DNA of 63,964 bases, the filler included, from Collodictyon triciliatum (lineage: Eukaryota): the NCBI GenBank assembly GCA_043381765.1. It is 4 parts of 4 records of this genome, joined end to end, with 100 filler letters (N's around TTAATTAATTAA, not from the genome) between each part and the next. Parts side by side here need not be neighbours in the genome. Positions count along the whole stretch, not along the records: positions 1 to 18,723 come from JBHJMP010001346.1; positions 18,824 to 37,553 come from JBHJMP010001347.1; 2 more parts are not named here. One strand, given 5' to 3'. The notes below the pieces were generated by a model, which ran no database searches, was not told the DNA's origin, and saw only the letters and a list, made by a program, of their open reading frames with translations. Of this stretch, positions 13,701-29,108 are shown piece after piece. A program made the translations under genes and the position numbers. Every line of letters begins with the position of its first letter. Position 1 is the first letter of the stretch.

Positions 13701-15320
13701 GATATAGTCAAGCGAACAGTAATTATTTTATCATTGTATCAGAGTAAGTTATCGAATAATATGACTTTTTTACAGTTATGATTGTCTGATTAATTATAAG
13801 CATAAAGGTTGCACTGGAAACAATAACGAATCGAATCAGTATATTTCGATAAATATGCAAATTATGATGATGAACAATTAATAATATACTGATTAATTTA
13901 TTGGAATACATCGATATTTATAGTCTTTCATTTTGAGGAATATTAAAATATAATTTCAACACTTTGAATCGAATAAAGGAAAAAAAATTTCAACAAATAA
14001 AGCAATTTTTCATAGGATACCACTGGTTCTGGTAATGAATATTTTATGAGATAATATTTTACAATATTCATCTGATGAAGAATCTATTAATACTTGCACT
14101 TGAATTATTATCGCATATCATTTCAATTTTAATATTATTCCCATACATCTCATGATTAATCCATATGCCAATCGATTAGCTATAAAAATTATATTTCATT
14201 TATCACTAACTTTTTAACATCATATCATCCGCTAATCCAATTCTGGATTGCTGAAAAAACAAGTTAAATGTATGATATATTTTTGGTCGATTAATCAAAT
14301 TAATTGGATGTTTTTTTTGATTTTAGACGCTGTTTCAAAGAATACATGATTGAATAACCAATTTAATATTTATTTCCTATCTTTATCAAATATTATATAC
14401 GAAATGTGAAAAATGTACCCAAATGATTGACACGGTTTTCCTTGATGACATGTTTTATTCATACTTTAGATGCACACTTAATTTCTTGATACGCATAACA
14501 TATAGCTGTTTTATCATCTTGAATCCTTTTAAAATCATGCAAATTGTTTGAATAATAATTAATTCCATATTTTTAATTATATGTGTGATATATTTTGATT
14601 TAAAAGTGCATATAATTGATTGAAAAGTCTGTTGTGAAATCTTTTGCTATTTTGGTTATCAAAATTTATTTATTTATAGCTTAGACAAACCAAACCTATT
14701 TTTATCAAAATGATCCATATATTATCCTATTATTTAAACTTAAACTTGATTTTTTGATTTATTATCATGCTCTATTCACAATAAGGCTATTTTGCATGAG
14801 TCCCATATTTTTGATATTGTGTTCCTTATGTCGTAAATTCATTTATTAGTTTTAAAGACATTATTTATCTAATGGTTTAATAGTAATTTTCCTTCAAGCA
14901 TCAAATCAAAATCTACTTATAATTGATACAAAAATGACCTTGCTAAAAATATAACCGAAGTCTAATGAATTTTATCAATCTTATAAAAAAATTGTGAGTT
15001 GATATCGATTTAATTTGAGATGGTGACTATTTTGCATTTTAATATAAGTGAATCAACTGATTAAGTCACTATATCATGTAATAAAATATTCATGTTTATC
15101 AATGGATATAAATATTAGTATTCATATTTTGAGAGATTTTATTATATAAGTATTATTGAATTTTTGTGTAGATAATCTATCTATGTATTTCTGAATCAAT
15201 TAATTAAAGTTTAAGTAGAGTGATTCAATATTAGATATTTAAGTAAATGTCTTGATTGGGTATTACATCACTTCATAAAATTTTGTATATATGTTTAAAC
15301 ACTCATCACATTAGTTTAGA

Positions 15321-18300
15321 ATGAGATTGAACTCAAAGTCGTTTGCAGCTATGTTGCTGTTGGGTGAGTTTTACTTTAATTGTCTTTTTTTGGTTTCTTT
15401 TCAACAGTTTATTGAGAGATTACTACAATTGTTTTAATTTTATTGACTTCAAATTATGTAGAATTTTAATTGATATATCTTTAGGATTGACACTCCACTG
15501 CCAATTGTATCTTGTTGAAGGGCAAGATGATTTGATTCGCACATTAACTGGTCATACTAGCAGTGTTCGCAGCGTTGCTGTTACTCCTAATGGATCGAAA
15601 ATCGTTTCTGGAAGTCGTGATAATACAATCAAAATCTGGAACCTTTCTGATGGAGCTTTGATTCGCACGTTATATGGTCATAATAGTTATGTTAACAGTG
15701 TTGCTGTAACTTCTGATGGATCGAAAATCGTTTCTGGAAGTAATGATAAAACAATCAAAATCTGGAATCTTTCTGATGGAGCTTTGATTCGCACATTGAA
15801 TGGCCATACTGGTAATGTTCGCAGTGTTGCTGTAACTCCTGATGGATCGAAAATCGTTTCTGGAAGTAATGATATAACAATCAAAATCTGGAATCTTTCT
15901 GATGGAACTTTGATTCGCACATTGACTGACCATACTAGTACTGTTTGGAGTGTTGCCGTTACTCCTGATGGCTCAAAAATTGTTTCTGGAAGTAGTGATG
16001 CTACAATCAAAATCTGGAATCTTTCTGATGGAACTTTGATTCGCACATTGACTGGTCATACTAGTGACGTTAGCAGTGTTGTTGTTACTCCCTATGGCTC
16101 AAAAATTGTTTCTGGAAGTAGTGATGCTACAATCAAAATCTGGAATCTTTCTGATGGAGCTTTGATTCGCACATTGACTGGTCATACGGATTCGATTGGC
16201 AGTGTTGCTGTTACTCCTGATGGCTCAAAAATTGTTTCAGGAAGTGATTATCCAGATAATACAATCAAAATCTGGAATATTTCTGATGGAGCTTTGATTC
16301 GCACATTGACTGGTCATACTAGTGGTATTTCCAGTGTTGTTGTCACTCCTGATAGCTCAAAAATTGTTTCTGGAAGTGCTGATAATACAATCAAAATCTG
16401 GAATCTTTGTGCTGCTGGTCAGTTCTATGATTCAGGTTCAAATTCTTGTCAACTATGCCCATCTGGAAGCTATAGCGCTGGAGGAACATCATCTTGTTCT
16501 TCATGCCCAAGTGGCACATACAATCCTTCAACAGGTTCTACAAATGTTGGTGCTTGTATATCATGCGCAGCTGGCACATACAATCCATCAACAGGTTCTA
16601 CAGATGTTGGTGCTTGTATATCATGCGCAGCTGGAACATACAATCCATCAACAGGTTCAACAAGTGTTGGTGCTTGTCTTTCATGTGCAGCTGGAACATA
16701 CAACCCATCTATTGGTCAGGTAACTTGTCTTTCATGTGCAGCTGGCACATACAACCCATCAACTGGTTCTACAAGTGTTGGTGCCTGTATTTTCTGCCAA
16801 GAAGGAAAATATAGCAACAAGACAGGTCAGATATCATGCCTTAATTGCGAACCAGGAACATACACAAACATTAAAGGACAGACATCATGTTTTGACTGTC
16901 CATTAGGTTTTTACAATCAAGAATCAGGAAAAACATTTTGCACACCATGCGGCCCAGGAACGTACTCGAATTCAACAAGAGGTAAATCCTGCGGAGAATG
17001 TCCAGCTGGGACTTTTAATCCAAACGTTGCGTCAACCAGCATAAGCAGTTGTCAACCGTGCCCACAAGGGAAATTTTCATCAAAATCAGGCGAATCAACA
17101 TGCGAAATTTGTCAATCTGGTTCGTACAATCAATATCCAGGTCAGACTGGGTGCACTAATTGTACTGACGGAACTTACAATCCGAGATTTGGCTCAACAA
17201 GCAACTCGTCATGTGCTAAATGCCCACAAGGAACGTATGGTAATGAACAAAGAGATGAATGTTTATCATGTCCAGCTGGTAAATTCAACAACAAAATAGG
17301 CTCATTCAATCAATCATCATGCATCTTATGTCCAAATGGAAGCTACAGCTCAGAAAGAAGTGCATCATGCAGCTTATGCGTATCAGGATTCTATCAAAAA
17401 GAAGGCATCACCAAAGACTCGAAATCATGCTACCCTTGTCCAAAAGGCACATTCAACTCAAACTCCGGCTCATATGGAAACACATCATGTATTGAATGTA
17501 CCCAAGGTACTTGGAATGATAGAGATGGACAAGCATCATGCACATCTTGTACAGCTGGTACATTCAACAACAGAACTGGTTCATTTAATCAAACATCATG
17601 CATTTCATGCCCAAATGGAAGCTACAGCTCAGAAAGAAGTGCATCATGCAGCTTATGCTTATCAGGATTCTATCAAAAAGAAGGAATCACAAAAGATTCG
17701 AAATCATGCCACCCTTGTCCAAAAGGCACATTCAACTCAAACTCCGGCTCATATGGAAACAAATCATGCATCGAATGTCCACATGGTACTTGGAATGAAA
17801 GAGATGGTCTAGCATCGTGCACATCTTGTACAGCTGGTACATTCAACAATAAAACGGGTTCATTTAACCAATCTTCATGCGTTTCATGTCCAAATGGAAG
17901 CTACAGCTTAACTGGAAGCTCATCATGCAGTCTATGTTTATCAGGATTCTATCAAAAAGAAGGAATCAAAAAAGACTCACAATCATGCTACCCTTGTCCA
18001 AAAGGCACATTCAACTCAAACTCCGGCTCATATGGAAATAAGTCATGCATTGAATGTCCACAAGGCACTTGGAATGATAGAGATGGTCAAGCATCATGCA
18101 CATCTTGTACAGCTGGTACATTCAACAATAAAACTGGCTCATTCGATGAATTTTCATGTATTGAATGTCCAGATGGAAGCTACAGCTCAGAAAGAAGTGC
18201 ATCATGCAGTCTGTGCTTATCAGGATTCTATCAAAAAGAAGGAATCAAAAAAGACTCACAATCATGCTATGCTTGTCCAAAAGGCACATTCAACTCAAAC

Positions 18301-18723
18301 TCCGGCTCATATGGAAACACATCATGTATTGAATGTGCCCAAGGTACTTGGAATGATAAGGATGGTCAAGCATCATGCACATCATGTCCAGCTGGTACAT
18401 ATAACAATAAAACTGGCTCATTCAACCAATCATTATGTATTTCATGCCCAGATGGAAGCTACAGCTCAGAGAGAAGCTCATCGTGCACTTTGTGCTCATC
18501 AGGATACTATCAAAGAGAAGGAATAGCAAAAGACTCAAAATCATGCCATGCTTGTCCAAAAGGCACATTCAACTCAAATTTCGGCTCATATGGCAATAAA
18601 TCATGTATTGAATGTCCACAAGGCACTTGGAATGATAGAGATGGACAAGCATCATGCACATCATGTCCAGCTGGTACATACAACAACAAAACGGGCTCAT
18701 TCAACCAATCAGCATGCATTTCA
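15321..18723 (+). CDS. Predicted secreted/cell-surface protein: signal peptide + 7 highly similar WD40 repeats + tandem Cys-rich (GCC2_GCC3/ephrin-receptor-like) repeats; 3'-partial
   Basis: Exon 1 15321-15363, GTGAGT...TTTAG intron 15364-15484. The spliced N-terminus is MRLNSKSFAAMLLLGLTLHCQLYLVEG/QDD. Seven GH...WN repeats at 15532-16407, then CxxCxxGT(Y/F)N repeats with many N-x-S/T sequons at 16408-18723, cut off by the contig end. Confidence 0.85.
17329..18723 (+). repeat. Intragenic higher-order tandem repeat, five 279-bp (93-aa) units
   Basis: CCA(A/G)ATGGAAGCTACAGC recurs at 17332, 17611, 17890, 18169 and 18448, an exact 279-nt spacing. Confidence 0.9.
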
Positions 18724-18823
18724 NNNNNNNNNNNNNNNNNNNNNNNNNNNNNNNNNNNNNNNNNNNNTTAATTAATTAANNNNNNNNNNNNNNNNNNNNN
18801 NNNNNNNNNNNNNNNNNNNNNNN
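18724..18823. other. Artificial contig spacer N44-TTAATTAATTAA-N44
   Basis: Identical 100-bp spacer at three places. The 12-mer puts stop codons in all six frames. Confidence 0.97.
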
Positions 18824-18936
18824 TATGTATGTATGTATGTATGTATGTATGTATGTATGTATGTATGTATGTATGTATGTATGTATGTATGTATGTATGT
18901 ATGTATGTATGTATGTATGTATGTATGTATGTATGT
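18824..18936. repeat. (TATG)n microsatellite at contig start
   Basis: Directly visible. Confidence 0.95.
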
Positions 18937-19084
18937 GCTTGTTATTTGCAGACTTTTTTTTTATCAATATAGTCATTTTGTCTCTTTTGAAACAAATATC
19001 GAGGTTACTTCGCCTTTTCTACATTCCAATTGCGAAAGTGATGAATAAAAAAGTAATCTAAACTTACACCAATCTAACACACAG

Positions 19085-24348
<5,264 letters not shown>

Positions 24349-24957
24349 GCCGTGGCACTGACCCGCTTCATGCATCAATCGCGAATAAACGCATAGCGCC
24401 ACACGACAATTTTAAGTGGGTTGCTGCCGAAGACGCGTTCTTGTGACACAAAACGAAAATTGGCCATAAATTCCACATATACATTCCTCATGCAATTCAA
24501 ACCTTCAAACTTTTGAAGTGACCTAAGCCTTCATGGAATTCTCGTGGCTGATACATCGATCCGTTTTTCGCCGAACTTTCACGCCGGCAGCAAGCACCAA
24601 TCAACGGATCGAAGGGCGTCGCGGCAGGAAACTTGGCCTCCACAAAAGTACGTTGCGACCGTGAGGAAGAATTCGGTCCGGGTTTTCAACAGGCGTTCGC
24701 CGAACTCGTCGATAACATTCGTCCCAGTTCGTATAATATATATACCAGCGCACAAGGCCGTCTCTCTTTCGATGACCAACCACTCTTTTGCCATCTCCCT
24801 CACGAAGTCCACGCGGTTGATCAGATAGGACGCAGCCCACCTCTGCGCTTCCCACACAAACGCAGTATCGCACTGACACAGCCAAACGCTCTAATCCTCT
24901 GGTGCCATAGACCCTGCAAAGGAAACAGTCGGCTGTAAGGAGAAACACTGCTTCAAA

Positions 24958-27900
24958 ATGAACTACAGCCTGAGCGAAGGAGCCATTATGGGCATCTACA
25001 ACGGCGGCCAGGTTGCGGCACCTGTTCTTCAAGTCATCGACATCAAACTTCTTCAGTCGCCCACTCCCCAAAGCGGGAACGTAGTAGAGCGCTACCGGTA
25101 AGTGCGGTTGGCCAAGCCGCTGATGTTGCTCCTAAGTAGACCAGCCTCACACGATCCCTCTCGGGGCATACTTTTGAACATGCTTTGTCTTTGCTTTCAG
25201 AACATTATTCTCTGTCATTACACATTCGAACGCGGCTGTGTGGCTGCGCGTCATGGGCCCGAGTGTTTGACTCTTCATACTTCCTAGTCTCGTGTTGTCC
25301 GACGGCCTCAACTATCAACAAGGAATGCTGGCCACGCAACTCAACCATCTGGCCAAGGATGGAACGATCCAGCTCCATAGTGTTATCCGTCTGAAAGAAT
25401 TCATGTGTAACGCTGTCCACGGGAGGAAGTGAGGCTTTGTTTCATCGCCCTTAGCTTCTGCTCTTTCTTTTATAAAAGCCCCTACATTCTAACCTTACGC
25501 ACTCTTGAAAGTAAAAACCACCACTTCTTTCCTTTCCTTTTTCCTTGTTCCTTTTTCCTTGTTCCTTTTTCCTTGTTCCTTTTTCCTTGTTCCTTTTTCC
25601 TTGTTCCTTTTTAACTTTTTTTTGAACTGTAGGGTTGTGATTGTTCTTGGGTTTGACTCCATGGGCCCTCCGTCCGAGTTCAAGATCGGCAATCCAAGAC
25701 CTGTTGACCCTTCCATGGGTTCAAACACACAGAACCAGGAAATGTCTCATACAACCAACCAGCCTTTGGCGCAGCAGCAAGTTAAAACGGAGCAAAAACT
25801 AACCCCAAACCCAGCACCGCCCGTGCGGAACACTGTGGCGCCAAGTCATCCTCAGACAGTTAGTTCCTACAATACATCTTCACGAACTTTTTATTTCAGA
25901 GGCCTACACCATTCAGCCCTCATCAATTTCTCCTCAAATCACGTTTTAATGTAGACAACTCATGCACATATGCATAACCCACCCGCACAACACAACCGCC
26001 CCTTTATTGGTGGGAACCCTTCTGTACCACAGTAAGTGAAGGTTGATATATCTCCAAGGTGGAGAAAAACCTTCATCACACACCCAATTTCATGTATAAC
26101 CGCTGAGAAAAGAATATTACTCTTGTCTAACTGATCTGGCGAAGCAGCGGTTTCTCACTCCTATCGTTTCTTGCTCAGAAATAGGCCTCCAACCTCTCAG
26201 ACTGTGGATGAAAGTTTGGTCCAGCCCATTGCAAGCATTTCCACATTCAATAACAAGTTCACGATAAAGGGCCGAGTAACATCCATGTCCGACATTCGCC
26301 GCTACTCGAATCAGAAAGGAGAGGGCAAGTTGCTCAGCATCGACCTTCTTGATGCAGAGGTTTGTTCATCACTTGTCCATATCTTCATTCTTAGCACCTG
26401 ATTGGAAAAAGAAAACCAGAAATATGATGACCTTCTTTCCATCAAAATTTGGCTTTACGATGGACAGAACATAGCTTCGTCCTTTATACGCACTTTTCTA
26501 TTTTCCTTCTTCCGTCTCCTGATACACTCTGATGACAGGGAGGAGAAATTAGGATGACTATGTTCAACGACATGGTCGACAAATTCCACCAAATTCTACA
26601 AATGGACAAAGTTTGTGTCGATGAGATTTTCACGTGCATAATTTTTTTCACTCGCGTGATATCTGTTTGTTAGTGACCCGTGAGATAACTTTTCTCCATA
26701 TTGGTTGCCATCATCACACCTTTGCATGGGTACCGCAGGTGTTTATTGTCTCCAAAGGAACTGTGAAAATGGCAGACCGGAGATACAGCCAAGTCAAGAA
26801 CGACTATGAGATCACCCTCAATAGCGACTCGTTGATTATCCCGTGCGATGAAGACCCAACCATCGAGCGTCTTCGCATAGATCTCTGCTCCCTCGAGAAT
26901 CTACAACACAAGCAAACAGACGAGATTGTCGGTGAGCCAAACGACACGCTCCCCATTTCCTCTGCTAAACAAAATACATAATACAAAAGAAAAGAAAAGA
27001 AAAGAAAAGAAAAGAAAAGAAAAGAAAAGAAAAAGCGTGGCCCTCCCATTTACCAAACCATCATCATTTATCCCCACCATTCGATAGATTCCTTGTGTAT
27101 GTTGAAAACAGGCATCGCCAATTAATTTAATGTTTCTGTTTCTGTTTTTTGTAATTACATTTTCCTTTTTCCTTATCCTTCCATGTACTACAGACGTTGT
27201 TGGTGTCATCCTGAAAGTCGGAGATGTCAACACCATCACGGGGAAAACCACCGGGAAGCAATTCTCAAAGAGGTCGCTTACGATTGTGGACTCGTCCAAC
27301 ACTACAGCAGAGCTTACTATGTGGGGCGCCACCGCCGAAAACTTTGCAGGAGCAGAGAAAGACACCGTGATTGCCAAGGCTGTCCGCATTGGAGAGTACC
27401 AATCAGGTTTGTCATCCATGTCTCGCGCAAGCCACGCACGCAGAATGCCGGCCTTTGAAAACGCTCCAACACTAACCCAACCCCATCCTTTCTATCGTTC
27501 CCACGTGCCCACAGCAAAGAATCTGTCCACATCAAACACATCGCAGGTGATTGTGAACGCAGACCATCCGGCCGTGCAGTCGCTTCGCTCATGGTTTCAA
27601 TCCACCCAACGCCGATGATACATACACCTTGTCCTTTTCGTTTCCCACCCTTATTTCTCTGTCCAACCCGCATGCTGGCGATGCCAGTTGCCGCAGCGGC
27701 ACATCCAGAGCACTTTAGTTCGGCGCACACCACTAAGCAAGGTGTGACCATCCCCCCACTGCAGGTATGAATCAGAGGGCCAGTACATGGCCCGGTCGAA
27801 CCCGCCGACATCCTCGGCATCGGCAGGCAGCGGAGCGCCACGCGGGATGGGCAACGACGAGCGGAAGGTGCTGAGCCAGATCAAGCAGGAGGAGCTTGGG

Positions 27901-28888
27901 CGCAGAGAGAAGGTAGGGGTTATCCGCGCGAGCATACCAGAAGCAGCTGTGCGACTGGGCCACCAATCACTCTCACACGTACACACACAAACCACTGCCA
28001 GCACCACCACCATCGTTTAATCCTATTCTTTCTCATCTCTGCCCCTCATGCACGGACCCAACCAGCCGGATTTCTTCATGACGCGTGGGTATGTCATGTT
28101 CATCAAGCAGGACGGGCCGATGTACTACCCGGCGTGCCCAACGGACGGCTGCAACAAGAAGGTCACGGAGTCTGCAGGCCGCTACTACTGCGAGAAGTGC
28201 GGGCGCGAGTACGAGCAGCCCGAGCACAAGTAAGTGTGAGTGTGAGTGTGAGTGTGAGTGTGAGTGTGAGTGTGAGTGTGAGTGTGAGTGTGAGTGTGAG
28301 TGTGAGTGTGAGTGTGAGTGTGAGTGTGAGTGTGTATGCATCTCCGAGCCCCACGGTTTCAGCCGCACAGGTCCCGCACGCCACCGGTACTGACAAACTA
28401 TTGCAAACCGCAGATACATCCTCTCCATGGTCATATGCGACCACACCAGCTCGCAGTGGGTCTCTGTGTACAACGACGTGGGGATCGAAATCATGGGGCA
28501 GACAGCCGACCATGTCGCGCAGCTCAAGACCAGCAACGACGTGAGTGCAGCCTTTGTCCTTTGTCCTTTGTCCTTTGTCCTTTGTCCTTTGTCCTTTGGC
28601 CTTTTTCCTTTTCTTTCGTCCCGCTTTGTATGTATATGTCGACCAGGAGCAAAACAACCAAACAGACAAACAAACAAACAAGCACGCAAACAATCACAAC
28701 AGGACAAAGGCCTCTCGGACATGATCAAGAGCGCGTCGTACCGGCCGTTCATGTTCCGGCTGATGGCCAAGTCGGAGATGTACCAGGACGAGCCGCGGGT
28801 CAAGTGCCAGGTGCGGCAGGTGCTGCGCATCAACTACGCCAGCGAGGCGCGCTCCATGCTGGACGAAATCCGACGGCTGCGCGGCTGA
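24958..28888 (+). CDS. RPA1: Replication protein A large subunit (RPA70), multi-exon
   Basis: N-terminal OB fold ([10 protein letters not shown]...PVLQVIDIK...ERYRLVLSDG), OB-A ([32 protein letters not shown]), OB-B ([15 protein letters not shown]...[10 protein letters not shown]...LTMWG), C4 zinc finger [14 protein letters not shown]...CEKC, and C-terminal [15 protein letters not shown]...INY. Confidence 0.95.
28235..28334. repeat. Intronic (GTGTGA)n microsatellite directly after an RPA1 splice donor
   Basis: Directly visible; begins immediately after the GTAAGT donor. Confidence 0.95.
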
Positions 28889-29108
28889 TGCGTCTGTGGG
28901 CGACAGAGACCCGCCCCTTGCATGGAATAAATATGGCATGTGTCCTCGTGTAACTCCCGCTGCCACACATTTCGCACTGCAACGCCAGCGGCTGTGGCGC
29001 GTGTCTGAAAGCATTGCGCTGCGGAGCGAGGACGCAAAGGCCGCCCCACTGATGTGTGCACCGGGCCATAGATCGCACAGATCACGGGTCGCGGATCGCG
29101 CGTGAGGG

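Noticed and set aside
15343-15484. ORF-track N-terminus MQLCCCWVSF... of the 1142-aa ORF
   Set aside because: Starts at a non-ATG codon and reads through a GTGAGT...TTTAG intron. The ATG at 15321 gives a better, signal-peptide-like start.
16498-18723. Regularly spaced direct repeats that could suggest a CRISPR-like array
   Set aside because: Periods are multiples of three within an open frame, with no unique spacers and no cas genes, in a eukaryotic context.
18768-18779. Palindromic TTAATTAATTAA recurring three times
   Set aside because: Always centred in N44 blocks. It is a synthetic six-frame-stop spacer, not a biological motif.
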